This document shows positions 9,299 to 18,725 of a DNA stretch of 64,000 nt, one piece after another. The position numbers and the translations under genes were made by a program. The stretch is from NCBI GenBank assembly GCA_023421675.1, contig JAEZTC010000013.1, positions 464,037 through 528,036 of the forward strand. The letters are read 5' to 3'. Within the stretch, counting starts at the first letter, position 1, and every line of letters begins with the position of its first letter. The stretch is from Bacillota bacterium (lineage in GTDB: Bacteria > Bacillota > Clostridia > Acetivibrionales > JANLFN01). Below the pieces are notes generated by a model. It did no database searches. It saw only the letters and a list, made by a program, of their open reading frames with translations, and was not told the origin of the DNA.

Positions 9299-11158
9299 AT
9301 GTTTCAAACTCTAAAAGGTAAAATTTCGAGCATATATTTTTTACTTGTTTTATTGATTGCTGTTGTTGGATTTATATCTGTTATTAATCTTCATCAGGTA
9401 AGCGGAACAATAAATGCTCTTATGACAGACAACTACAAAAGTATAAGTGCAATTGACAATATGCTTGAAGCTATAGAACTTCAGGACAGCGCAATATTGA
9501 CATATATAAATATAGACAGGCAGAAAGGAATTGAACTTTTCAGCGAAAATTCTGCTGCTTTTTTGAAATGGTATAATATCGAAGCAAATAACATTACCGA
9601 GGTAGGAGAAAAGGAATATGTCTCCCAGATTTATGAGTATTACAACAAGTACCTCAAATCCTTCTCTGAATTGCAGGAAACCATAAATGTCTCTGGAGTC
9701 CAAAAGTCCATACAGCTTTATTATAATTCAATAGAGCCTAATTTTACTTTTCTAAAGGAACAGATGAAAAAGCTTATCTCCTTTAATGAAAAAGCTATGT
9801 TTCAGAGCAAGGATGAGGCAACCGATTACGCGGATAAGTCAATGTATTTTGTTCTTATACTTTCTGTTTCAGCTGTTATTATAGGATTCTTTTTGTCGAG
9901 GTTTTTTACAAACAGGTTTTTAAAACCCATATATACATTAACTAAGGCAATTACCTTGGTCGGGGCTGGTGCTCTAAACAGGCAGATAAGTATTAATTCC
10001 AAGGATGAAATAGGTCATCTTGCAACCGAATTCAATAATATGACTAACCGTTTGCAGCAGTATGAACAAAGCACACTGGGGACTCTCCTTGCGGAAAAAA
10101 ACAAGTCGCTTGCAATTGTTAAAAGCATTTCAGATCCGCTTATTGTACTGGATAAGAATTATAAGATTATGCTGCTCAATAACGCTTTTGAGGTTTTTTT
10201 TGAAATAAAGGAAGAGGCTGTTGTAAATAAGCACTTCCTTGAAGCGGTAAGCAATGATGAGCTGTTCGAGCACATAAGCAGCGGGCTTGATTCCCAAGAG
10301 GATTACAGAGAAAAAATAATGCATATAAAGACCAAAGATGATTATTTTAATGTAGTTGTTTCAACCGTTAAGAATGCTGAAGCGATAGTAACGGGACTTA
10401 TTGTTGTATTTCAGGATGTTACAAAATTAAAGAAGCTTGAAAAAGTAAAAACTGATTTTGTTGCCACTGTATCTCACGAATTTAAAACACCATTGACTTC
10501 AATTATTATGGGGACAAGTATGCTGCTGGATGGAAGTCTTGGGACGTTGAATGAGAACCAGAATGATGTTGTAAAAACCATAAGGGAGGACGAAGAAAAA
10601 TTATCTGCTTTGGTTCATGAACTTCTGGAATTATCTAAAATTGAATCGGATAAGGCTATATTCAACATTCGTAAGTGCTCCATGGAAAATATAATTGTAG
10701 GATCAATAAAGCAGTATTTTGAACAATCGAAGGAAAAGGGTATCAGCCTCATTTATGAAATAACTGATAACTTGCCAGCAATTGAGGCAGATCCCGAAAA
10801 AATAACATGGGTACTAAATAATCTTATAGCAAATGCTTTAAAGTATACCAACAAGGGTGATTCTATTAGCGTTCATGCAGGTATAGCCGAAGATAAGGTC
10901 CGGGTTTCTGTAAGTGATACAGGCATTGGAATTCCTCCGGAATTTGTTAATAAAATTTTCGGTAAATTCGTTCAGGTACAGGGCTATGACCGGGAAGTCC
11001 GCGGTAACGGCCTTGGACTTGCCATAGTAAAGGAGATAATTACAGCTCACGGAGGTGAAATATGGTGTACAAGCAAGCTTGATGAGGGCAGCGTATTTAC
11101 ATTCACCTTACCAATACACAGAGAGGATAACTTCGATGAATATAATGGTGGCAGATGA
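9299..11158 (+). CDS. Sensor histidine kinase (4-helix-bundle sensor, HAMP, PAS, HisKA, HATPase_c)
   Basis: An N-terminal TM segment and periplasmic helical sensor, then a second TM segment plus HAMP. H-box SHEFKTPLT. N/G boxes NLIANALKYT, DTGIGI and GNGLGLAIVK. Confidence 0.92.
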   Translation: MFQTLKGKISSIYFLLVLLIAVVGFISVINLHQVSGTINALMTDNYKSISAIDNMLEAIELQDSAILTYINIDRQKGIELFSENSAAFLKWYNIEANNITEVGEKEYVSQIYEYYNKYLKSFSELQETINVSGVQKSIQLYYNSIEPNFTFLKEQMKKLISFNEKAMFQSKDEATDYADKSMYFVLILSVSAVIIGFFLSRFFTNRFLKPIYTLTKAITLVGAGALNRQISINSKDEIGHLATEFNNMTNRLQQYEQSTLGTLLAEKNKSLAIVKSISDPLIVLDKNYKIMLLNNAFEVFFEIKEEAVVNKHFLEAVSNDELFEHISSGLDSQEDYREKIMHIKTKDDYFNVVVSTVKNAEAIVTGLIVVFQDVTKLKKLEKVKTDFVATVSHEFKTPLTSIIMGTSMLLDGSLGTLNENQNDVVKTIREDEEKLSALVHELLELSKIESDKAIFNIRKCSMENIIVGSIKQYFEQSKEKGISLIYEITDNLPAIEADPEKITWVLNNLIANALKYTNKGDSISVHAGIAEDKVRVSVSDTGIGIPPEFVNKIFGKFVQVQGYDREVRGNGLGLAIVKEIITAHGGEIWCTSKLDEGSVFTFTLPIHREDNFDEYNGGR

Positions 11159-11717
11159 TACAAAGAATATAAGAATGTTATTAACCAAGTGCCTGGAACT
11201 GGAGGGCCATACTGTAACAACTGCCAATGACGGGCAGAGTGCTCTCGATTTATTGAAATGTCAGAAATTTGATTTGGCTTTTATAGATATAAAGATGCCT
11301 CAAATCAGTGGAACCGAGGTGCTTAAGACCATACGTGATATGGGAATTGATATTCCTGTAATCATTATAACAGCGTATGCTACTATCAAGAATGCTGTAG
11401 AATGTACCCAGATGGGTGCTGTTGCTTACCTGCAAAAACCATTTACGGCTGAAAAGGTACGATTGACCCTTAAGGAACTTATGAGTACAAAACCTGTTGA
11501 AACTGATAACTTTGATAATGAATTACGAAAAATTGAAGATGCGATATATCTCAAAAACTTCGATAATGCTGAAAAACTTCTCAAAAAGGCATTGTCTGTA
11601 GAGCCGGGAAACCTTCAAATTTACCGTCTTCTTGGTTTGGTGTACACATCAAAAGGTGAGCTGGAAAAGGCAACAAAATTTGAAGCAATATATAATTTAC
11701 TAAAAGAAGAAACGTGA
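11136..11717 (+). CDS. Response regulator, receiver domain plus C-terminal TPR-like helical domain (no DNA-binding domain)
   Basis: The ORF opens at 11055. The ATG at 11136 follows gagagga and overlaps the kinase stop by 23 nt. REC hallmarks are present (DD near the N-terminus, phospho-acceptor context DLAFIDIKMP, ITAYA). The tail carries a TPR-like AxxxLxKAL/YxxLGxxY pattern. Confidence 0.85.
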   Translation: MNIMVADDTKNIRMLLTKCLELEGHTVTTANDGQSALDLLKCQKFDLAFIDIKMPQISGTEVLKTIRDMGIDIPVIIITAYATIKNAVECTQMGAVAYLQKPFTAEKVRLTLKELMSTKPVETDNFDNELRKIEDAIYLKNFDNAEKLLKKALSVEPGNLQIYRLLGLVYTSKGELEKATKFEAIYNLLKEET

Positions 11718-11775
11718 CATATTAATATTAAATAATTAAAATATTATAGTTATTAAATAAAGGCGGGGTATATTA

Positions 11776-12732
11776 ATGAAAATCTGTGTACTTGATACAA
11801 AATCAATAGGGCTTGATCTGGAATATTCAATATTTGAAAAATTCGGGCAGGTTGAAAAGCACCTTCTAACAAAGCCTGAAGAGGTCGCAGAAAGAATTAG
11901 CAGCTGCAATGTTATAATAACCAATAAAATCATTCTAAATGAATCTAATATGAAGGATGCAAAGGAGTTGAGGCTTGTTTGCATAACAGCAACAGGCACC
12001 AACAATATTGACCTCAATTATGCAAAGTCCAGAGGCATTGCCGTTACCAATGTAGCAGGCTATTCTACCTGGAGTGTTACCCAACACACCTTTGCAACAC
12101 TTTTTTACGTTATGGAGCAGTTGAGGTACTATGATGACTATGTCAAGACAGGCGAGTATTCCCGAAGTGATTGCTTTAATAATATGGATAGAGCTTTCAG
12201 TGACCTTGAAGGTAAGAATTGGGGTATCATAGGGCTTGGGGAAATAGGCCGGTCGGTGGCATCCGTTGCAAAGGCTTTTGGCTGTAAGGTGGTTTATTAT
12301 TCCACCTCAGGTAAAAATGATAATACGGATTATGAAAGGCTTGAGCTTGATGAATTGCTTAAAAAATCTGATGTGGTTTCAATACATTCTCCTTTAAATG
12401 AAAAAACCAAGGGGCTTATAGGTTATAGAGAATTAAGTCTGATGAAAAAAACAGCTTTTCTTGTGAATATGGGAAGAGGCAGCATAATAAACGAGAGAGA
12501 CCTGGCAAAAGCTTTGAATGAAAGGCTTATTGCCGGTGCAGCTCTTGATGTTATTGAAAAGGAACCTATTGAAGCTGATAATCCGCTGCTTAGCATAAAG
12601 GATAAAGACAGGCTGATAATAACTCCTCACATAGCCTGGTCCAGTCTTGAAGCAAGAAACAGGCTGATGAATGAGATAGCACTCAACATACAGTCATTCC
12701 TGGACGGTGGGAACAGAAACAGGGTATGCTGA
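11776..12732 (+). CDS. D-isomer-specific 2-hydroxyacid dehydrogenase (glycerate/hydroxypyruvate reductase-like)
   Basis: A 318-aa ORF with NAD-binding motif GIIGLGEIGRSVA, catalytic-region motif NMGRGSIINERDL, and PHIAWSS. Confidence 0.85.
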   Translation: MKICVLDTKSIGLDLEYSIFEKFGQVEKHLLTKPEEVAERISSCNVIITNKIILNESNMKDAKELRLVCITATGTNNIDLNYAKSRGIAVTNVAGYSTWSVTQHTFATLFYVMEQLRYYDDYVKTGEYSRSDCFNNMDRAFSDLEGKNWGIIGLGEIGRSVASVAKAFGCKVVYYSTSGKNDNTDYERLELDELLKKSDVVSIHSPLNEKTKGLIGYRELSLMKKTAFLVNMGRGSIINERDLAKALNERLIAGAALDVIEKEPIEADNPLLSIKDKDRLIITPHIAWSSLEARNRLMNEIALNIQSFLDGGNRNRVC

Positions 12733-12750
12733 ACAAAATGGTTAATAAAA

Positions 12751-12779
12751 GGTCGCAGGATATATCCTCCGGCTTTTTT
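12751..12779 (+). terminator. Probable Rho-independent terminator
   Basis: Imperfect hairpin gtcgcagga-tata-tcctccggc followed by tttttt. Confidence 0.5.
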
Positions 12780-12883
12780 GTTGGAGTGAGGAAATGCTGT
12801 AATTACGTAAAGTTATTATAAAAATCTTTCTGGATGTCAAAACTTAATATAATTAAGTAATTGATTGTAAAGAAGAGATTTTT

Positions 12884-13852
12884 TTGAACAGTGATATCAA
12901 TCTTCTGAAAAAAAGAACCATGGGTATTAAAAAAATCAAGCATGCAGTAAGGCTGTTTTCTGCTTCAGTACTGCTTTTGCTTTTAATATATTTCGTTTTG
13001 TTTAACGCAGTTAAAATTAAAGAAAGCTTTACTCTGGAGACATATCCCGTCCGCACCAGCTCTGCTGTTAACAGCAAGTCACAGAATGAACCGATTAATG
13101 TGCATAAAGAGAAATTAAGTTTTATTGTGAACCAATTAAATGAATACCTTAAAACACTAAAGGGTAATTACGGGATTTATTATTATAATTTAATTACCGG
13201 AGATAGCTTTGGTATTAATGATACGGCTGCATTTCCGGCTGCAAGTACAGTAAAGCTGCCGCTGAACTTATATTTGTATAGGAAGATCACCGATGGAACT
13301 ATAAATCCAGATTCATTGCTTAAGTACGAAAAACAGGACTATGAAGAGGGAACGGGAAAAATACAATATAAACAATTAAACAGTCAATTCTCAATAAAAG
13401 AACTTTCAAGACTTTCAATCGAGGAGAGCGATAATATAGCGGCAAACATCCTTTTCAGGTATTTGGGAAAAAACAATGTAAAGAATTTTATGTCTCAATG
13501 CGGAGCCAGCATAGTAGAATATGAAAGTAATATTACCTGTGCACGTGATATGGGACTATATATGAAACTTCTATATAATTTTTGCAAATATAATGCCACT
13601 GTAGGAAATGAGCTGCTGTCAGACCTTACAAATACACAATTTAATGACAGAATTCCTGCGGGTATTCCCAAGTCAATAACGGTCGCACATAAAATAGGCA
13701 CACTATCAAACGTTATAAATGATGTTGGTATTATTTTTACAGACAAGCCATATGTTTTATCCGTATTATCTAATAACGTAACTGAAAAAGATGCAGTATC
13801 AGCAATAAAGACAATTTCAGAAATGGTTTACAACTATAATAATACCTTATAA
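12884..13852 (+). CDS. Membrane-anchored serine hydrolase, class A beta-lactamase-like
   Basis: An N-terminal TM anchor, an SxxK motif (ASTVK) and an HKIGT (KTG-like) box. The start is uncertain: TTG at 12884 or ATG at 12920. Confidence 0.7.
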   Translation: MNSDINLLKKRTMGIKKIKHAVRLFSASVLLLLLIYFVLFNAVKIKESFTLETYPVRTSSAVNSKSQNEPINVHKEKLSFIVNQLNEYLKTLKGNYGIYYYNLITGDSFGINDTAAFPAASTVKLPLNLYLYRKITDGTINPDSLLKYEKQDYEEGTGKIQYKQLNSQFSIKELSRLSIEESDNIAANILFRYLGKNNVKNFMSQCGASIVEYESNITCARDMGLYMKLLYNFCKYNATVGNELLSDLTNTQFNDRIPAGIPKSITVAHKIGTLSNVINDVGIIFTDKPYVLSVLSNNVTEKDAVSAIKTISEMVYNYNNTL

Positions 13853-13892
13853 GTCCAGTGCTCATGCATATTTGGACTAAATAACCGAAGAA

Positions 13893-13901
13893 TGCTATAA
13901 T
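13893..13901 (+). promoter_or_regulatory. Extended -10 element (TGcTATAAT) upstream of the FHA-RodA-PBP operon
   Basis: Exact TGnTATAAT lies 24 nt upstream of the TTG start. GGAGGG RBS at 13913. Confidence 0.4.
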
Positions 13902-13924
13902 AAAAGTGACTTGGAGGGATATTA

Positions 13925-14413
13925 TTGTTTGAATTGATATCTTCGATACTTAAATATATTTTTGCCGTCATTATTTATCTTTTTATCTTTGGTGTAATCC
14001 GGCTTATATATCTTGACATAAAATCCATGAATACACGTAAAACAATTATTTATGAAAACAGACCCTACCTTAAACTTATTAACCAGCGTGAAACTCTGGA
14101 TTTTAAAATAGAAGAGACATATAGTTTAAAAGAGCGTATGTCTGTCGGAAGAAAAAACAGCAATGATATTGTTGTGAAAGACCCTTTTATCTCAGGTAAA
14201 CACGCTGAGTTTGCCATTATTGACGGTGAATATACCTTAAGAGATCTGGGTAGTACCAATGGGACATTTTTAAATGGCCATCAATTGGACGACAGCAAGG
14301 TATTTTTGCATGACGGAGATAAAATACATATAGGACAGGTTGATTTTCTTTATGTGAGAAACACAGAAAACAGTGAAAGTGAAACTGAAGAGAATGAACT
14401 TGAATTTAAATAG
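13925..14413 (+). CDS. FHA-domain protein with N-terminal TM anchor (FhaB/FipA-like)
   Basis: A 162-aa ORF with one N-terminal TM helix. The C-terminal FHA signature is GRKNSNDIVVKDPFISGKHAEF...LGSTNGTFLNG. Confidence 0.85.
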   Translation: MFELISSILKYIFAVIIYLFIFGVIRLIYLDIKSMNTRKTIIYENRPYLKLINQRETLDFKIEETYSLKERMSVGRKNSNDIVVKDPFISGKHAEFAIIDGEYTLRDLGSTNGTFLNGHQLDDSKVFLHDGDKIHIGQVDFLYVRNTENSESETEENELEFK

Positions 14414-14437
14414 TCAGCTTGTTAATGAGGTGAATAA

Positions 14438-15715
14438 ATGCTGCGTGTATTTAACTACAGACGACCTGTCAATCTGGTTCTCATTGTTAACCTGATTGGC
14501 TTCGGGCTATTATGCTATCATAACAGCAGCAAGGCTTTTGATTGGAAAACCCTGCTGGCAGGCCTTATAATATCCATATTGATTTGTATTACATACCTTA
14601 TAATTGTCAAAAAAAGTATGGGGGATGAGTATCTTTTCCTTATAGTCGGCATGCTTGCAAGTATCGGCTTTATTATGATATTCCGTTTGGATGCCGATAC
14701 CGGCTTCAAACAGTTTACATGGCTTTTGGCCGGAATAATCCTTTTTATGATGACTTATGTTATTTTCAGAAGATTAAGAATTTGGAACAATATAATCTAT
14801 TTTTATATAATAACACCTTTTATACTTTATATAATGACTTTGGCAATAGGCAAAAATGTTGCGGGAGCGAAGAACTGGATTGCAGTACCGGGCTTCAGGT
14901 TCCAGCCGTCTGAGCTGATAAAGATTCTTTTTGTACTTTTCCTTGCATGCTATTACAAGGATTCGGATAAGGAAATTACACATTACAAGCTTCCTTTTGT
15001 AAAATTTGAAATACCAAAAAGAATTCTTCTTATTTTAGTTGTATACGGTAATATAGGCTTCCTGTTTTTACAAAAGGAATGGGGAACAGCACTTTTATTC
15101 CTGCTTGTTTTCCTGGTTTGCCTGTTCATATTTGATAACAATAAAAAGTTTCTGATATATAACTCAATTGCGTTTGTAGTTTGTGCTGTCATAGGATATC
15201 TGCTCTTTTATCATATAAGGGTAAGGGTCGATATTTGGATTGATCCATGGAGTACTATTAACGGCAAGGGCTACCAGATAGCTCAATCCCTTTTTGCTAT
15301 AGCAGCTGGTGGCTTCTTTGGAACGGGGATAGGTGTGGGAAGCCCTGATCTTATACCTGCCGTTAACACTGACTTCATTTTCTCGGCAATATGCGAAGAA
15401 ATGGGCATTTTCGGCGGGATGGCGGTTATTCTTTTGTTCTTTATCCTTACCTACAGAGGCTTTAAAATTACTATCAATATGAGAAACAAATTTAATAAGG
15501 TCCTTGCACTTGGAATCACCACCTTATTTGGTCTTCAGACCTTTATAATAATCGGCGGTGTTATAAAGCTCATTCCGCTTACCGGGATTACACTTCCTTT
15601 TGTAAGCTATGGGGGTAGCTCAATCATTGCAAGTTTTATAATGCTGGGTCTTTTGCAGGCTGTCTCAAGCCCAATGAGTGAACCTAAGGAGGTGGCAAAG
15701 TATGAAGGAGCATAA
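14438..15715 (+). CDS. SEDS-family peptidoglycan glycosyltransferase (FtsW/RodA/SpoVE)
   Basis: A 425-aa polytopic ORF. SEDS motifs: FQPSELIKI, and the DFIFSAICEEMG and LPFVSYGGSS boxes. Confidence 0.9.
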   Translation: MLRVFNYRRPVNLVLIVNLIGFGLLCYHNSSKAFDWKTLLAGLIISILICITYLIIVKKSMGDEYLFLIVGMLASIGFIMIFRLDADTGFKQFTWLLAGIILFMMTYVIFRRLRIWNNIIYFYIITPFILYIMTLAIGKNVAGAKNWIAVPGFRFQPSELIKILFVLFLACYYKDSDKEITHYKLPFVKFEIPKRILLILVVYGNIGFLFLQKEWGTALLFLLVFLVCLFIFDNNKKFLIYNSIAFVVCAVIGYLLFYHIRVRVDIWIDPWSTINGKGYQIAQSLFAIAAGGFFGTGIGVGSPDLIPAVNTDFIFSAICEEMGIFGGMAVILLFFILTYRGFKITINMRNKFNKVLALGITTLFGLQTFIIIGGVIKLIPLTGITLPFVSYGGSSIIASFIMLGLLQAVSSPMSEPKEVAKYEGA

Positions 15716-17123
15716 AAGGATAGTACTTGTTTTCAAGGTTATGTGCGTGCTTTTCCTGCTGCTTGCCGGCTATCTTTCGTACTTTCAGTTTTTTGTGGGG
15801 GATAAAATAGTATCAAACCCTTACAATAACAGAAACCAGCAGCTTGAAAACGATACCCTGAGGGGAAGTATATTTGACAGGAAGGGAATAGTCCTTGCAA
15901 AGAGTACTAAAACAGGTGATAAACAGGAGAGAATATATCCTTATGGTCATTTGTACAGTCATGTTATTGGATATAACTCAAAAATTTACGGCAAATCCAT
16001 GTTAGAAAAACAGTATGATGATTACCTGCTTAATAGAAATATTGCCAATCCGCTAATAACTATTAAGAATGCTTTCAACAATAAGGAAAAGTCAGGCAGT
16101 GATGTTTACCTGACGATAGATCATAAGATTCAAGCTTTGGCGGATAGCCTTATAGGGAACCGTAACGGTGCAGTAGTTGCAATTGATCCTAAAACAGGAG
16201 AAATTATTGCAATGGTGAGTAAACCTGATTTCGATCCGGGGAATAAATCACTTGAAGCCAATTGGCAGAGTCTTGTTGAATCAGAGGATCATAAATTCCT
16301 GCCAAGGGCAACTCAGGGCCTTTATAATCCGGGATCTACGTATAAGGTAGTTATGAGTTCAATGGCTGTAGAAAATGGTTTGGATACTACTGTAATTGAT
16401 GATAAGGGCAGTATTACAATAGACGGCAAGCCCTTTAAAAATCAGAATGGAATTGCCCATGGCAAGATTGATATAAACAAGGCACTTGCGGTATCAAGCA
16501 ATGTATACTTTTCTCAGATTGCTGTAAATCTTGGTGAAGACGTGCTTAAGGATGCTGCATCCAGGTTCTATGTGGGCAGGAATATCCCTTTTGATATACC
16601 TTTGAATAAAAGTCAGTTTGCGTATAAGGATATGAGCAAAGCTGATATGGCTGCTTCCGGCATTGGCCAGGGTAAAGTGCTTGTAACGCCGCTTAATATG
16701 GCTATGATTACTTCGGCAATAGCTAACAATGGTATTATGATGCGGCCTATGCTTGTCAAACGTATTGAAACTAAGGATGGAATAGATGTTAAGAACTATA
16801 AGACATCCGAACTTAACCGTGTTATAGATTTTACGACTGCAAACAAAGTAAAACAAATGATGAGGTCTGTTGTCGAAAGCGGAACAGGTACGAATGCAGC
16901 TATCAAAGGAATACATGTGGCAGGCAAAACAGGTACTGCAGAGAATGAGCTTACAACCCATAATGAGAAAAAGACACATTCATGGTTTATTGGCTTTGCA
17001 CCTGTGGAGGAACCTAAAATTGCTGTAGCTGTTATTCTTGAATACAATGGTTCTTCGGGAGGGGGCGCAGCCGCTCCCATAGCTCAAAGAATTATGTCCG
17101 AGTATATATTTAATAACAAGTGA
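15702..17123 (+). CDS. Class B penicillin-binding protein (PBP2/PbpA-type transpeptidase)
   Basis: ATG at 15702 follows aaggaggtgg and overlaps the SEDS gene end by 14 nt. TM anchor, SxxK (STYK), SxN (SSN) and KTG (KTGTA) motifs are present. Confidence 0.9.
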   Translation: MKEHKRIVLVFKVMCVLFLLLAGYLSYFQFFVGDKIVSNPYNNRNQQLENDTLRGSIFDRKGIVLAKSTKTGDKQERIYPYGHLYSHVIGYNSKIYGKSMLEKQYDDYLLNRNIANPLITIKNAFNNKEKSGSDVYLTIDHKIQALADSLIGNRNGAVVAIDPKTGEIIAMVSKPDFDPGNKSLEANWQSLVESEDHKFLPRATQGLYNPGSTYKVVMSSMAVENGLDTTVIDDKGSITIDGKPFKNQNGIAHGKIDINKALAVSSNVYFSQIAVNLGEDVLKDAASRFYVGRNIPFDIPLNKSQFAYKDMSKADMAASGIGQGKVLVTPLNMAMITSAIANNGIMMRPMLVKRIETKDGIDVKNYKTSELNRVIDFTTANKVKQMMRSVVESGTGTNAAIKGIHVAGKTGTAENELTTHNEKKTHSWFIGFAPVEEPKIAVAVILEYNGSSGGGAAAPIAQRIMSEYIFNNK

Positions 17124-17295
17124 TCTTCGTGTATTTTGCCAAGTATTTAAAAATCCTTAATGGGCGGATGCCACTTTGGTTTTAAGTCGGTGGCATACCC
17201 CGGCCTCATTGAAACACGCTGAGGCGAAATAATTTTTCTACAACCGAAAAAATTTCTACTGATGCGTTATAATATATGAGGGGGGAAATGAAGGG

Positions 17296-18675
17296 ATGTA
17301 TATGATGGATTATGATGTAATAATTGTAGGTGCAGGTGCCAGCGGTATTTTCACTGCTTATGAACTTACAAGGCTCAATAGAAATATAAAAATTCTTATA
17401 ATTGAAAAGGGACATTCGCTTGATAAACGTAAATGCCCGATAAACGGTAAAAACATAATGTCATGTCAGGACTGTAAAACATGTAACATTGTTAATGGGT
17501 TTGGCGGAAGCGGCAGTATGTCTGATGGTAAATATAACATAACAAATAATTTCGGCGGTGAGCTTTTTAAATATGTTGGATATGATGAAGCAATAGAGCT
17601 AATGCACTACGTAGATGAAGTCAATCTCAAGATGGGCGGCCAAGGAGCAAAGCTGTACTCTACGGCTAATTCCAGACTCAGGACTGAAGCGCTGAAGAAT
17701 GACCTCCATCTCCTTGATGCCGAAGTAAGGCATTTCGGAACTGACAGAAACCTTGTTATCCTTTCCAATATGTACGATTATTTGAAGGATAAGACTGAGA
17801 TAATGTTTGATACGGCAGTTACAGATATAGAAGGCAAGGATAATACTTTTACAGTGAGTACTGCAAAAGGTGAATTCGGATGCAAAAAGCTTATACTTGC
17901 AACAGGACGTTCGGGATCAAAGTGGATTTCTGTTGTATGTAACAAGCTTGGTATAAAGACCAGAAGCAACAGGGTGGATATCGGTGTGCGTGTGGAGCTC
18001 CCTGCTGAAATATTTGCTCACATTACTGATGATGTATATGAAAGCAAAATTGTTTACAGGACAAAGAAGTATTCCGATATGGTTAGAACCTTCTGTATGA
18101 ACCCTTATGGTGAGGTTGTTACAGAGAATACAAATGGAATTATGACTGTTAACGGACACAGCTACTCTGACCCCAAATTGAGAACTCAGAATACAAACTT
18201 TGCGCTGCTTGTTTCAAATAACTTTACAGAACCTTTCAAGGACAGCAATGAATATGGTGAATCTATTGCAAGATTGAGCAATATGCTTGGAGGGGGAGTT
18301 CTGGTTCAGAGATTCGGTGATTTGGTGAGGGGTAACAGAACAACTGAACACAGGCTTACACAGAGCTTTACAAGGCCTACACTTAACGCAACTCCAGGAG
18401 ACCTAAGCCTTGTAATACCTAAAAGGCAGTTGGACGATATCATTGAAATGATATACGCACTGGATAAAATAGCACCAGGAACTGCAAATGAAAGTACGCT
18501 GCTGTATGGTGTTGAGGTTAAGTTCTACAATTCAAAGGTTGAGGTGGACAGTAATCTTGAAACCAAAATAAAAGGCTTATATATTCTGGGAGACGGTTCG
18601 GGCGTAACACATTCGCTTTCACAGGCTTCAGCCAGTGGAGTTCATGTTGCAAGACTTATTGGAAACTTTAATTAA
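17296..18675 (+). CDS. NAD(P)/FAD-dependent oxidoreductase (COG2509-like uncharacterised FAD dehydrogenase)
   Basis: N-terminal dinucleotide fold DVIIVGAGASG and a C-terminal GDGSG motif. The length of 459 aa fits this family. Confidence 0.7.
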   Translation: MYMMDYDVIIVGAGASGIFTAYELTRLNRNIKILIIEKGHSLDKRKCPINGKNIMSCQDCKTCNIVNGFGGSGSMSDGKYNITNNFGGELFKYVGYDEAIELMHYVDEVNLKMGGQGAKLYSTANSRLRTEALKNDLHLLDAEVRHFGTDRNLVILSNMYDYLKDKTEIMFDTAVTDIEGKDNTFTVSTAKGEFGCKKLILATGRSGSKWISVVCNKLGIKTRSNRVDIGVRVELPAEIFAHITDDVYESKIVYRTKKYSDMVRTFCMNPYGEVVTENTNGIMTVNGHSYSDPKLRTQNTNFALLVSNNFTEPFKDSNEYGESIARLSNMLGGGVLVQRFGDLVRGNRTTEHRLTQSFTRPTLNATPGDLSLVIPKRQLDDIIEMIYALDKIAPGTANESTLLYGVEVKFYNSKVEVDSNLETKIKGLYILGDGSGVTHSLSQASASGVHVARLIGNFN

Positions 18676-18689
18676 TTTTGTTTATAAAC

Positions 18690-18719
18690 AAAAGTGAAGG
18701 CTAATAGCCTTCACTTTTT
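18690..18719. terminator. Bidirectional Rho-independent terminator between convergent genes
   Basis: Perfect hairpin aaaagtgaaggc-taata-gccttcactttt, flanked by an A-run and a T-run. Confidence 0.8.
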
Positions 18720-18725
18720 CAGTAA

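Noticed and set aside
17163-17232. Two short hairpins after the PBP gene (ATGCCAC/GTGGCAT and GCCTCA/TGAGGC) as a riboswitch or terminator.
   Set aside because: The stems are short (6-7 bp), the loops are long, and the U-tract is weak. They could be a weak terminator, but the evidence is too thin for a feature call.
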